Positions 20,483 to 31,708 of a DNA stretch of 64,000 nucleotides are shown here, in pieces. Position 1 is the stretch's first letter; each line of letters starts with the position of its first letter. The notes under the pieces were generated by a model. That model ran no database searches. It worked only from the letters and a program-made list of their open reading frames with translations, and was not told the origin of the DNA. The position numbers and the translations under genes are program-made. Where the stretch lies: positions 496,001-560,000 of the forward strand of contig CAKKNE010000004.1 in the NCBI GenBank assembly GCA_918797485.1, written 5' to 3'. The stretch is from Pelagomonas calceolata (taxonomy: Eukaryota).

Positions 20483-21196
20483 ATGCGAAAGATGCGAAAC
20501 CGCGCGCGGCAGTTGTTTCATGTATTGCTGCTAGCGCCGTGCATTGCTTTGGGCGGCATAAAAACGAATTTTGAAAGAATAGGACTGCGGCGGATCAAGT
20601 TCGGCGGCACGTTCCAGCTACGAGAACCGTTTCGGGGCGTGCGCGCGGGCCGCGCCGCGGACTACCTCTCGGATCCGTTGAGGGTCATCGCGGCGGCGTG
20701 GCCGCCTCATTTGATCAAGGGGCCCACGGTTAGAGATGATGGTGTCCTCGACTACGACCTGGAGCAGGAGACGATCAACTTCGCCGGGTTACTTACTGTT
20801 GATGGGACTGTCGACATGGAAGTGAGGCAAAGCCCTCGGGGCGGTGTCACGCTCACGTCCAAGAAACTGCGCAGCGTCGCGAAGCTGTCGAACGGCCAAT
20901 CTGTGGACGTGCCCATCGACTTCGAGCTGGAGGGGCGCCTCGACCCGCAATCAATTGATCCGAACGCGTCGGCGGCGATACGGGGCGAATTTACGTTCTC
21001 CGTGGCCGCCGACTTGGTCGGTCCGTTGTTGCTGCTGCCGTCGCCTGCGTTAAAAGCGGCGGCGGTGGCCGTGAACCGGCAGCTCGACCTGGGCGGGCGG
21101 TTCACGCGCGGGATCCTCGGGAAGTACCCGGCGTGGGCGCGCGCGAACCCGATACCTCGGCCGGGCGCTGCGAAGGAGTCTTCTTCGGCGGATTAG
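20483..21196 (+). CDS. Putative plastid protein, DUF1997-like
   Basis: Signal peptide; DYLSDP, GPLLLLP and YPAW patterns resemble DUF1997. Confidence 0.5.
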   Translation: MRKMRNRARQLFHVLLLAPCIALGGIKTNFERIGLRRIKFGGTFQLREPFRGVRAGRAADYLSDPLRVIAAAWPPHLIKGPTVRDDGVLDYDLEQETINFAGLLTVDGTVDMEVRQSPRGGVTLTSKKLRSVAKLSNGQSVDVPIDFELEGRLDPQSIDPNASAAIRGEFTFSVAADLVGPLLLLPSPALKAAAVAVNRQLDLGGRFTRGILGKYPAWARANPIPRPGAAKESSSAD

Positions 21197-21385
21197 TTGT
21201 GTAACTGAATAGTTGTGTCAAGATGTGTCGCACGATGCACTCGTTCAATTCGAAAGGCTAGTGGGTGTGAGACGCCAATAATCAAACTGCGCAGTCCACG
21301 GGGCCCCAGCTGCCGTATAAATGCTCCTTCGCAGCGGTTGATTGGCCTGACGCAGCGCGGCAGCACCCGCGACGCGGCGCGCGCG

Positions 21386-23077
21386 ATGGCGCAGACTCCT
21401 AGGGCCCGCGGCGCCCACAATGCAGCCCAGACTGTGACACCCGCCTCCGGCCCTTTGCCGTCGTCTGACCGCGACGGCATGCCTCCGCCCCCGGCCCGGA
21501 CGCCCGCGGCAGCCGCCCTGCCGCGGCGCGGCGTGCGGCAGCCGCCCGCGGTTACACCGGATGTGACCACCGAGCCGCCGAGCCGGGGTACTCCGCCGCC
21601 GTCGCCGGCCGCGACGCCTGCTGCATCTACGGACGCGCTGCCGCCGCCGCCCGCATTGACGTCCGCACCGGCGCCGCGCGGCGTCAAGCGCCCGCGCGCG
21701 GCCGACGCGTCGAACGGTCGCAAGCGCCCTCGCGCCGTGACGCCCCGCGATCGCTTCGTGGGATCGCGGCTCGACGACGCCGGCGAGGCCTACCGCGCGC
21801 ACACCGCGCTCGCGCTCGCGCCGAAGACCGGTGCCCAGCCGGTGCTGAACGCGTCGCTACGCAGCTCGTTGCTGCCGCGGCGGACGGGTACGCGGTTCCT
21901 GTCCTTTGGATCCGACCGAGCGGCGGCGCCCGAGACCGACTCTGCGGCTGCGGAACGGACGCTGGCCGTGGCGCGCTCTGCGACGTCCACGACGGCGACC
22001 CGCTGGCAGGGCATGAGATTCGAGCGGTGCCTGGACATACCCGATGTCCGCGACGACTTCTATTCCCAGCTGGTGGACTGGTCATCGCGCGGCGATCGCC
22101 TGGCCGTGGCACTGGGAACGTCTATGTACGTGACAAATGCCATAGCCCCTGGACGTGGCCTCCAAACAGAAGTCTGGGAATATCCGTCGAGCATCGACGT
22201 CGCGTCGGTCGCGTGGGCGCCCGGGTCCAACCACGTCGCGGTGGGCTACACCGATGGGTTAATAAACATCGTCGACGTGGCGACCGGCGTGGAAGTACGA
22301 AAATTCGAATTTGACCACAACGAACACGTGGGGGCTCTCCACTGGAACCCGCTTACTCGATGCCTGACGAGCGGGTCGCGGGACAAGTGTATTTGCGATT
22401 TCGATGTGCGGGCACCCTCGGCCACCACGACCTATCGCCTGGGGCACGACGGCGAGGTGTGCGGGCTGCGGTGGCGCGACGACGGTAACCTTTTGGCGTC
22501 CGGTGGTAATGATAATGCGCTCCTCATCTGGGACCTGCGCCGCGCGACGTCGCCGTGCCACGCGATGCCCCGCGGGCACCGCGCCGCGGTCAAGGCGCTC
22601 GCCTGGTCTCCGACGCGGCGCGACGTGCTGGCCTCGGGCGGTGGTACGGCTTGCAAGCGGATCCGATTGTGGAATTCCGTTAGCGGTGCGTCGCTGGCGT
22701 CATGCCACGCGGGCGGTCAGGTGACGGGCCTGGCGTGGGGACCGCAGGGCACCCCCGAGCTCGTTGCGTCGACCGGATTCGATCAGCCCGGTATCCGCGC
22801 CTACAGCTGGTCGATGGCTGTAGGCGGCCGCCTCGACTGCGTTGCGACTTTGGGGCGGCCGGCCATACCGCGTACCCAGATCGGCGAACGTTGGTTGGGG
22901 CTCGTGGCGTCACCCGACCGCACGCGGGTCGCCGCGACGTGTATGGGCGAGACCATTCTCATCTGGAAACTCTTCGACACGCCGTCCAGAAGGAAGGGCG
23001 CTTTTGCGAATCTGCGTCGCGATGTTCGGCGCTGGGACGGCGTCTTCGGCGGCGGGCCGGGCCAAGTCCTTCGATAG
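21386..23077 (+). CDS. CDC20/Fizzy-family WD40 APC/C activator
   Basis: C-box-like DRFVGSR, LDIPDVRDDFYSQLVDWS, GHDGEVCGLRW, LASGGNDN, HRAAVKALAW and LASGGG; C-terminal LR. Confidence 0.9.
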   Translation: MAQTPRARGAHNAAQTVTPASGPLPSSDRDGMPPPPARTPAAAALPRRGVRQPPAVTPDVTTEPPSRGTPPPSPAATPAASTDALPPPPALTSAPAPRGVKRPRAADASNGRKRPRAVTPRDRFVGSRLDDAGEAYRAHTALALAPKTGAQPVLNASLRSSLLPRRTGTRFLSFGSDRAAAPETDSAAAERTLAVARSATSTTATRWQGMRFERCLDIPDVRDDFYSQLVDWSSRGDRLAVALGTSMYVTNAIAPGRGLQTEVWEYPSSIDVASVAWAPGSNHVAVGYTDGLINIVDVATGVEVRKFEFDHNEHVGALHWNPLTRCLTSGSRDKCICDFDVRAPSATTTYRLGHDGEVCGLRWRDDGNLLASGGNDNALLIWDLRRATSPCHAMPRGHRAAVKALAWSPTRRDVLASGGGTACKRIRLWNSVSGASLASCHAGGQVTGLAWGPQGTPELVASTGFDQPGIRAYSWSMAVGGRLDCVATLGRPAIPRTQIGERWLGLVASPDRTRVAATCMGETILIWKLFDTPSRRKGAFANLRRDVRRWDGVFGGGPGQVLR

Positions 23078-23079
23078 GT

Positions 23080-23194
23080 GTAATGTGTGAAAGAAGTATC
23101 AACAACACTAGCTTAGTCCGACGGCGGAGGCGGCGGCGTCGCGTCGACGACGCTGATCGACGCGTTCCGCTGCGCGCGCAATGCCGGCCTCGCC
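23080..23194. repeat. Direct repeat, left copy (shared 3'UTR plus last codons of the C2-domain gene)
   Basis: Near-identical to 27140..27253 (gtaatgtgtgaaagaagtatcaacaaca...gctgatcgacgcgttccgctgcgc). Confidence 0.92.
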
Positions 23195-24002
23195 GCGCGA
23201 CTGCTCGAGGTCAAAGGAGACCTTCCGTCTCAGGACGAGCTCTTCGGCCGGCTCGATGTAGAGTCGCGGGCTACCGCCGAGTTGGGCGCGGAGACCATGC
23301 GGGACGGCATCCACACGTGGCTCGGCTCGCACCCGCAGGTCGTCCTGCTGGACAAGGACAACAAGCCCTTCTCGTGCGAAGATCCAAAAGCGGCCGTCGC
23401 CGAGATCCTCGCCATGCCCAAGTCGGGGGCGTTGGCGTTTTCGAGTTACAACGGCTCGGAGGAGCTCTACAAGGACTGGGCGAGGCAAGCGCGCGGCCGA
23501 GTCTTCGAAACACGTCGCCGTCGCCTTCGGAGCGCTCGTGAGAGAGATCCGCCGCCCGTGGTTCGTTTCGCGCCTGAGAGTAAGTTCGCTTCGCTTTTCC
23601 CTGAAGTTGACCTTGAACTTCAACATGCAGGCCAGAAGAAGCTACGGCGGCGGCCACTTCGGCCACCGCTCCCTCGCAGGAAGCTTCAAGGACCACATCA
23701 ACAAGACCTACGGCTACAAGGGCATGTTCTTGGACATGGCCGTGAACGCGTACGGCGACCGGCTCTCCTTGAAGACCCTCGGGCAGCTCGTCGACGCCAA
23801 GTTCTTCCAGACCGACCACATCCTCAGCACGCTCTGCGACGACCCCGAGAACTTTTTCCTCATGCCCGCGCCCCTCAACGTCCGCTTCAACATCCAATCC
23901 TACCAGGATTTCAAGCGGACGTTCTGCGGCCCCGGCTGGGCCGCAGCCGTCTTTTTCGTTGAGAAGGCGATCGCGCTGCAGCGCCAGTACGGCAACTACT
24001 AA
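23195..24002 (+). pseudogene. 5'-truncated, frameshifted gene with a C-terminal HNH-like nuclease motif
   Basis: Protein-like frame runs from the repeat junction to about 23485, then switches frame; putative GTAAGT..CAG intron 23580..23630; ends QTDHILSTLCDDPENFFLMPAPLNVRFN. Confidence 0.5.
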
Positions 24003-25145
24003 CTTTCTAAGCATTATTGGTCTCTCACATGTAACCCGGGGCGCGCGGCGCATTTGCTCGAGCTCCGCCCAGTAAAAATGCGCACGACGCGCGGCGTTCG
24101 CGCCCGAGGATGCCGAGCCGCAATCAGAGCACCGCTGTGGCCTGTTAGCTGTGACGCTGGCGGTCGACTACAAGTAGGAGGCCGTCAGGTGGCGCTCGAC
24201 TTGCTGGTCGAGCTGGAGATAGTGAAAGCGAGAGATCGCGTCAACTCGCCTAGGCGCAGCCCAACGGACGAGGCCCGGAGGTACTGGCGACGCGTGCGGC
24301 CGCCGTATTGGTGCGGTCGCGGCCGCAGCGCCCGTTCTCCCGTCGTCGCGTTCCCGAGACGCGGCCAAACGCTCGATGAGGTGCGCGGAGCCCTTTTGCC
24401 TTGGTGGCGGCGCACGCACGGCGACGCCGTCACGCAGTCAACGTGCTGCTCTGCGGTGCGCCCGGCGGCCATCAGCATTCTCGTTCCTCGCTGCTTACCG
24501 GCTCTCGATGGTCACTGTTAATGGCGCGCGCCACTGGTTGATAGCGTCTGTGGCCGTGCCGCACCGATCGTCCGTCAGTAGCGCTGCGGCAAGAGGCTGC
24601 AACAGCAGCCCTGCCGTCCAGCACAGCTCTTTTTGTGGCAGGTTATTTGTGTAAATGAGGGCGTCAAAGCGAGTAGTTGGTATGTGAGCGACGTCAGCGC
24701 GAACTTTCGCTGCTCCAATCGACCGCTAAGGGCACGGAGGACGCCACGATCGAATGGCTGTGTAAAACCCGGCACATCCGAACGCGGTCTTTGAGGCGTG
24801 CATTCATCCCAAAAGAGCGCGTGCACGGCTAGCAGAGAGCGCTGGACGGTCGCGAGCGGGGTGCGGCCTTTGGTTTTTGGCATTTTGGCCAGTGCAAAAC
24901 GGGCATCACAGGAAGCCGCTGCTAGCACGGTTGACGAACCTGGACCGGTCAGCACACATTTGGACACAGCTGTAGCCGTCCGCATTGCAAGCGTGGCAAT
25001 CGAGGCCGCATAGGCTGCATTCATTCAAAGCCTGCTTTTGTGCCAGCGCCAAATTGCCGGACAGCCGTCAAGCGGTGCACGCATCGCTCGTATATAAGCA
25101 CTTCTCGCCAGCAGCGGCCCGCTCGTCGCTAAAGCGCTAGCCACG

Positions 25146-26967
25146 ATGGCGGCAAAAGAACCCAAGCTGCAGGGCGCCGTGGAGGACGGCAAACCGCTGT
25201 TAATATTTATCGACGAGAACGACAAGACCGGTGCGAAAGCAGTGACGCTGAAAGAGCTGAACATAAAGATAGACGGCGTCTCGGACGACGCGAAAGTGCA
25301 GTTCCTCGTCGACGAACCGAAGGGGACGAAAAACTTTCAAGTACACTATGCCTTCGTCGGCGGGAAGGTACGACCATTAAAAACTTTAAGCACGTTCACG
25401 GTCCACGGCCACGCTAGATCTATACGCGGCTGGCGGGTCGATTTTAATTACGTCTCTCAAAAAAGACTGCACGGCACCGAAGAACAGACATGGTCAACAG
25501 GCCCATCGAACTGCGGCGCTGAGCTGCGATCCGACATCGAGGACCGCGACGAGAAGAGCGCGTTCGAGAAGGCCAAAAAATTAGTCGCTGGCTCTTCTCT
25601 TGCTCCTCGAGTCAAAGTGACTTGTGCGCGAGTGCGTTGTAGGGTCGTCAACGTCAACGGGCAACTCGCCTGCGACTTCACTGGCGAGGGCGACGACGCG
25701 TTGGAGGACGCCACGGCAAAAGCAGGGTGGCAGGCCTTGTGCAACGCCATCTCTTTTTTGGTACGCATGAAGACGAACAAGGTGTTCCTCGCCCTGTCTC
25801 CTGATCTGCAGCGGGACGCCACGTTAGCGTTGGAGGGCAAGCGCTACGACTACGCGACGTTTGAAGGCCACGGTCATGTGACGATGGCGGTCCCGCTGGG
25901 GACGCGCGTCGAGGAGAACGTGCAAGGAGTAGAGCAGTGGTACTACCGCGACGCGTCGGGCGACTGGAAGCCGGCCAACGACCGCGCCGACGCCGAGAAG
26001 AAGGCCCTGCTGAATCAGCGCGTCCAGGAGGAGGCCCGGAGGATCGAACAGCACAAGCAATTTGTCCAAGCCATCGACGCGGACCTAGGAGAATCGAACG
26101 CGGCCGCGACGCTGACGACGCTGCCGAACTGTTTTGCAAGCGTCGATCGACGACTCGGGCGCGGCTTCAACGCGGGGTCGTTTGTAGTCCTCGGCGACGC
26201 CCTACTGATAGTTAACTGCCTCCTACGTCGAGCGGGCTGTCCGACGCATTTCTTTGTGGGAGCACCGGGCGACACGCTGCACGAGCTTGCTTTATTGTGC
26301 GGAAACGGGGAGTGGGTGCCGCGGACGCTCTTTGATAGAATGACGGTTCTTTATCAAAAGTGCGCCGACGAGGAGCGGACGACGAACGTCAAGGCCATCG
26401 TGCGGTTCAACCAGGTCGCGACGGAGCAGGATCTGGACGTGGAGTTGTTTCAAGTGGTCTACAACCACCGGTGCGACGCCAAGCAGATCGGCGTGCTGCG
26501 CGAATGGGGCGGCTTTAAGACGGCGTTACTAGGGGAAGACTCGACGCGCGCGTCCGTTTACTGGACGCTGAATATAGTGAAGGCCGCCGCGGACCGGGAG
26601 CCGAACACGTTGACCATCAACCCGTTCGTTCAATACTTCTACGCGCTCGCGACCGGTAGACAGATGGCGTTTGGCATGGAGATGACGCGGCGCAAGGGCT
26701 TCCAGGCGTGGTTTGAGGCCAAGTACGGCGAGGGGACGACGCATAGGTACGGCGGCCCCGCTCCCCAGTCCTTTCCCGCGCCGGCGGCGGCGGGCATCGG
26801 CGGCGTGGCTGTGGCCGCGGCCGACCTCCCGCCCGAGATGGTGACGGCCGCGGCGAAGGTCCGGGGGATGCCGCGCGCGGATGCCGAGGCCTACGTCCAT
26901 CAGTTCATCGACGAGTTGCAGTCCAGCCTCCGGGCGTCCGCGGCGATCGCGCCCGCGGCGCTGGCGC

Positions 26968-27001
<34 letters not shown>

Positions 27002-27110
27002 GAAGGCTCCGAAGAAAGCGAAGAAGAAGCGCAAGTCCGCGCCCAAGGCTTCCAAGAGCGCCGCGGCGACGGCGACGGCTCCGAAGAAGTCGAAGAAGCG
27101 CGGCGCGTGA
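25146..27110 (+). CDS. Orphan 654-aa protein with a Lys/Ala/Pro-rich basic tail
   Basis: Long intronless ATG ORF; TATATAA at about 25091; no family recognised. Confidence 0.75.
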
Positions 27111-27139
27111 ACTTGGTAGGGGAGTCCTCCGCTGGGTTC

Positions 27140-27253
27140 GTAATGTGTGAAAGAAGTATCAACAACATAGTAGCTTAGGCAGCAGGAGGCGGCGGCGTCG
27201 CGTCCACGACGCTGATCGACGCGTTCCGCTGCGCCCGCAGCGCCGGCCGCGCC
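27140..27253. repeat. Direct repeat, right copy
   Basis: Matches 23080..23194. Confidence 0.92.
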
Positions 27254-27984
27254 TGGACGGGCTGCACCGGTGCCGCGACGACCGTCGGGCGCCGCGCGGG
27301 CCGCATTTCCGGCAGCTCCATCTCCGTCGCGACGGCCGGTTCAAATAAAGGCGTCCGTTCGAGCGGCACCTCGTCGTCGCCGTCGCCGCACTCGTCGGCC
27401 GTGATCGTCTGCGCCGCCACAACGGCCGGCTCGAAGTCCGCGCGCGGCACGTGGCGCGGGTCCGGCGGCGTGTACCCGACTCTACAAGACAAGGTACCTC
27501 GGGGATCGACCTCTAAAACGCGAGCTGTGGAGGGCGCGAAGAAGTCCGTCTCCGCGTGGCCCAGGTCGACGTGCTCCGCCACGTACGACTGGCTTTCGAG
27601 GGAGATGATGATCCGCAGCGACTCGGGCGGGTAGCTCGCAGGAACGGCGACGCGAATCAGGCCGTGGCGGCCGCGGTCGCCCCACGTCGGCGTCGTGCCA
27701 CTGTCGTGGGCCACCGCACTTGCCGCTCGTCCTAAGTGTTCACCCGTGTCCCGGTGCGTCACGTCGACGATGGCCCGCACGTCCTGCACTCCGGTCCAAG
27801 TAGCGTCGACGAGATCCTCCGCTCGCAGGACGCGCACAGCGACCTCGGCGAAGCCCTGGCCTCTGGCTGTGCGAGCCGCATACCTCGCTCTTTGTTCTTC
27901 TTCTTCCTCCTCGTCTTCGACGGCTAATGCTACCGTAACGTACCCTGCGACGAGCATGCCGCCCAGTATTAGTACTTCGGCCAT
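27175..27984 (-). CDS. C2-domain protein with N-terminal membrane anchor
   Basis: Hydrophobic N-terminus; VAVRVLRAEDL, GTTPTW and VDLGHAE C2-like pattern. Confidence 0.65.
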   Translation of the reverse strand: MAEVLILGGMLVAGYVTVALAVEDEEEEEEQRARYAARTARGQGFAEVAVRVLRAEDLVDATWTGVQDVRAIVDVTHRDTGEHLGRAASAVAHDSGTTPTWGDRGRHGLIRVAVPASYPPESLRIIISLESQSYVAEHVDLGHAETDFFAPSTARVLEVDPRGTLSCRVGYTPPDPRHVPRADFEPAVVAAQTITADECGDGDDEVPLERTPLFEPAVATEMELPEMRPARRPTVVAAPVQPVQARPALRAQRNASISVVDATPPPPAA

Positions 27985-28480
27985 GGTTTCGGCTACCAGG
28001 CAGCTCGCGGGCGGCGGCGGCGCGGCTGCTGCGCAGTTTTAGGGCGTGGCGTCGCCTGGCGCCTGCGAGAGCTGGCAGCCACTGCTCACCTCTTTTACTC
28101 GGCTGCGAGCGCGGCGTAAGCGATGTCGCAGCACACGAACGCGAATCGATCGCAATCGATCGCGGTGAACCGTGTGACAGCTTCCGGCTTCCCGACGGCT
28201 GGGAGATTAGGAGCTGTTTTTGCTCGATAGCCGCAGCAGCAGCCTCCGAGAGGAAGCCCCTGTTTCAGCGGCGACAGACGCGTGTAGGGACGCCATCGAG
28301 CTAGTTCACGACGCGTCGCAACGATCCTGGGCTCGTCCGGGATTAGCCGGCGTCTTAAACTAACCGCGGACGCGGGAGTCGGCGGGATGATCCCAGGGGC
28401 TCCGCCCACTAGTCCTAGCACCGTAACAACAAGAACAAGGGACGACCAGAAGCGAGCCATGTTCCTAGAACTACACTTAG

Positions 28481-30223
28481 TCACGTCGCGTCGGGCCAGC
28501 CCGACGACGCGGACCCGTCCGAGGCGGCCACATCATCAGCCTTCTCCGAGAACCGCCGCGCCTCGAAGGACCCCGGCGACGCGTCCCCCGTCCACGGCGG
28601 CGGCGGCGGCCGCGCGTCCGGCGACGGCTCCGGCGAGGGCCAGTCCCCGTCGGACGCAGCGCTCGGGCCCCAGGAGTCCCCCGAGAACGGCGACGCGGAC
28701 CGGCCGAAGAGCGGGCTCGGCGCCTTCGCCGCGCGCTGGAGCGACGCCTCCGAGATGCGCGGCGACGACGCCCGCGACGACTGCTGCGCGCGCTTGATGG
28801 ACGCCTCCGACAGGAGCGCGCCGCCGGCCGGCGAGGGCACGCGTAATATGGGCGAGGCGCTCCGTCGCGATCGATCCAAGTCATCATACAGAGCAAGCTT
28901 TTGCGGCGAGAACTCGGGGTGCTCGCGGACCTCGAGCTCCTCGTCTTCCGAGGACATGGCCATGTCCTCGGGGGAAGCAGGCCGCGCCCGATGTGACGCC
29001 TCGGCCGCCGCTGTCACTTTCGAGGCCGCGAGGGCGCGCTCCAGCTCGGCGTCCCCGGCGGCGCGGCGCCGCTCGGCCGCCTCGGCGCGCGCGAGGGCTC
29101 GCTCCAGCTCCGCGTCCTCCGACGGCTGCTTTTGGGACCGCGTTTCCAGGGACGACGGCTGCCGCCTAAATAACGCCGTTCGATTCTCCTCGTCTCTCTT
29201 CTGCGCCTCCTCGTCATCATCAGATTCGTCGGACGACCACGCCATCGCGCCCAGTTCCTGCCGTCGCAGCCGCATCGCGTCCTCGTCCCGTTGTACCTTG
29301 GGAGGTGGCCCCGCTTCACTGCGCTTCTTCAGCCCCAGCTCCACATGGAGTGGCGGCTTCGGTTTGTTGCAGTGCTTCAACCGCACCGCGCCCAACAGAC
29401 CGCACGACAGCGCCAGCAAACACCCGCCAAGGATGTAGACGAGGCCCGACGTCGACGCGGCGTCGGGGTCGCCTAAGGCGTCCTCCTCCGACTGTTTGCT
29501 GTCTTTGGAGGACGATGACGACGCGACAACTGCTTTTCGCGACGGCGCGGGCGTCTCTGGTATTGTGATTGGAGCGGGCGTCGGCGCGGCCACCGGTGAA
29601 GAGGTCGGGCTGCCCGGTGTTCTAGAAGGTGCTATTGAAGGCCGCAATGACATTGATGGTTTCATCGATGGCGCCGGGGCGGCCGTCACCACTACATTGT
29701 CGACGGCCGCGTCGCCGGCGGCGCCGGCGCCCGTGACGGCGCGAATTCTGATCCGTGTCGCTGAAGAGACGTCGATGACCCCCGAGGAGCGCCAGGCCGC
29801 GTCACCAAGGTTGCCTTCGACGAGCCACACGTCGCAGATCCACGCATTGACATACGTATCAACAGCTAAAGAGCCCATGGCCGCGCCGTACATGGAGTAG
29901 GCGAAGCTCAGGGTCGAAACCGGCGCTTCGAAGAGCGGCGAGGTGAGCTCAAAAACTACTGACGGGTGGTTCGGGTGGCTCGCCTCGACGTAGGCATATC
30001 CAGTACCATTCACGCCTTCATTCGGGCCCGTGAAGCGCGTCGGCGTCGTTTCCGTGCCGAGCGTCCAGCGCGTGCCTTCATTCGAGGTCGCGTTCCAGCC
30101 ACACCAATCCTCGTCGAAGCTGCAGCCGGCGACTGGTGAAGGCGTGTCGTCCGTCGGCGTCGTGCCGGGGCAGGTCGTCGTCGTTGCGCTGCGTACGACG
30201 AGTGCGAGCGCGAGCCATCGCAT
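28481..30223 (-). CDS. Type I membrane protein: MAM domain, Ser/Pro stalk, TM segment and UIM-like cytosolic motifs
   Basis: CSFDEDWCGW, GYAYVEAS, LSFAYSMYGAAMGSL and GDAAVDNV (MAM); TM LVYILGGCLLALSCGLLGAV; EDAELERALA and DAELERALAAS. Confidence 0.82.
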   Translation of the reverse strand: MRWLALALVVRSATTTTCPGTTPTDDTPSPVAGCSFDEDWCGWNATSNEGTRWTLGTETTPTRFTGPNEGVNGTGYAYVEASHPNHPSVVFELTSPLFEAPVSTLSFAYSMYGAAMGSLAVDTYVNAWICDVWLVEGNLGDAAWRSSGVIDVSSATRIRIRAVTGAGAAGDAAVDNVVVTAAPAPSMKPSMSLRPSIAPSRTPGSPTSSPVAAPTPAPITIPETPAPSRKAVVASSSSSKDSKQSEEDALGDPDAASTSGLVYILGGCLLALSCGLLGAVRLKHCNKPKPPLHVELGLKKRSEAGPPPKVQRDEDAMRLRRQELGAMAWSSDESDDDEEAQKRDEENRTALFRRQPSSLETRSQKQPSEDAELERALARAEAAERRRAAGDAELERALAASKVTAAAEASHRARPASPEDMAMSSEDEELEVREHPEFSPQKLALYDDLDRSRRSASPILRVPSPAGGALLSEASIKRAQQSSRASSPRISEASLQRAAKAPSPLFGRSASPFSGDSWGPSAASDGDWPSPEPSPDARPPPPPWTGDASPGSFEARRFSEKADDVAASDGSASSGWPDAT

Positions 30224-30575
30224 CCTAGCGCCCGTGCGCGGCCGCAACGCACGGCAGCCGATATGAGTGCGGCGCCTCTCGCGCGCGGGCAGCCCCAGAA
30301 ATCGGCAGAAAAGCTGGATACGGTCGTGGGGCTTATCGCTGCACCGTCGGGCTCCACGGGCCTTGGCTCAGGCAGCGCTCAGCTGCGTTTTGCCGTCGAG
30401 CTGAAAAATGTCGACCCGCACAGCCGAGGCGCCGGCGCGCCGCGCAGGAGGCGCCGCACGAGGGTCACGGGCGACGCGCGCCCGCGACGCGACCCCCTCC
30501 ACGCCGTCGAGGCGAGCCTAGGACTAGCGGCATAGGTCGTGGTTAAATAGGTGCGGGGTGGCAAAGGGCTATCAT

Positions 30576-31708
30576 CTAGAAGGAGAAGGGGCCGAGCTTG
30601 AAGGAGGGCATCTTGAATTTCGAGAAACTGGAGTCGACGTCCCAGTAGACGCCGCCCAGGGAGTCGGCGGTCTCCTTGAACGTGCTCCAGCCCGCCTTCG
30701 GGCCCATGAAGTTGATCTCGTCGAGCGACGCGCATCCGCTGTCGAGCATCTCGCCGACGGACGGCACGATGTTGTCGAGGTGGGCCTGGACGGCGGCGGC
30801 GTCGACGTAGGCCTCGCGGCAGAAGAGCTTGTCGTCCTTGATCGTCCAGCCGTAGTACATGCAGCCCTCCTCGTTCTTCGTGAGGTCCACGCACTTCTTC
30901 ATGAAGGGCTCGGCCGCCGCCTTGTCCTTGAGCGTGAAGGTCGGCTGGATCGTGTAGAAGCCCTGGGTGGAGGCCTCCTCTCCACTGGTTTTCTTGAAGT
31001 TCTGGAACGAGTCCCAGACCGTCCAGGCGCCGCAGCCGAAGGCCTCGAACTCGGGCACCTTCTTGGCTGCCTCAAGGTCCGCCTCCGTGCCCATCACATC
31101 AATATTGTCGAGCGCGATGTAGCCCTTCTCGAGGGCCTCGCCCAAGGCGCCCGACGCGGCGACGCAGGACAGGTGCTCGCCCGCCGCCGCGCCGTCCACG
31201 TACGTCTCCCGGCAGAAGAGCTTCGAGCCGTCCTCCTTCACCGTCCAGCCGTAGTAGAGGCAGCCCGCCTCGGCCTTCGTGTCCTCGACGCACTTGTCGA
31301 GGAGGGGCTGGGCCTGCGTGTTTCATCGCTCGTCGACGCGCTGCCCGCGTGCACGCTCGCTCTCGTCGCGCGCGCCGCGCGCTGCCCGCGAGCACGCTCT
31401 CTCGCCGCGCGCGCCGCGCGACGCAGCGAACGGCCGCGACGGCGCGGCGCCGAGCGTCCGCACGGTGCCCTCCCGCGCGCCGCCGCCGCCGCGCGCAGCA
31501 CGCAGCGGCAGCAGCACCATGCGGACATACACCGCAACCCCCAACAAAAAAAATCCCGCCGCCGCGGCAAAAGACGCTGCCCCAGCACCGCCGCCTTGTC
31601 CTTAATGGTGAAGGTCGGGAAGATGTTCGTGTGCATCGAGACCGTCGGGCGCGTGGCGCGCAGCGCGGCAGCGCCGGCGAGCGTCGATGCGAGCAAGGTG
31701 CGGGCCAT
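30576..31708 (-). CDS. Tandem ABM-like (dimeric alpha/beta barrel) protein, join(30576..31313,31589..31708)
   Basis: Two repeats of PTFTxKDKAAAxP...E.GCxYYGWT...KLFCRExYVD; GT-AG intron 31314..31588 restores the frame. Confidence 0.8.

Noticed and set aside
25146..25830. IFIDE and LSPDL in the 654-aa orphan resemble Tc1/IS630 DDE transposase motifs
   Set aside because: Spacing and the residues after SPDL do not fit DD34E/D, there is no N-terminal HTH and no TIRs; likely chance
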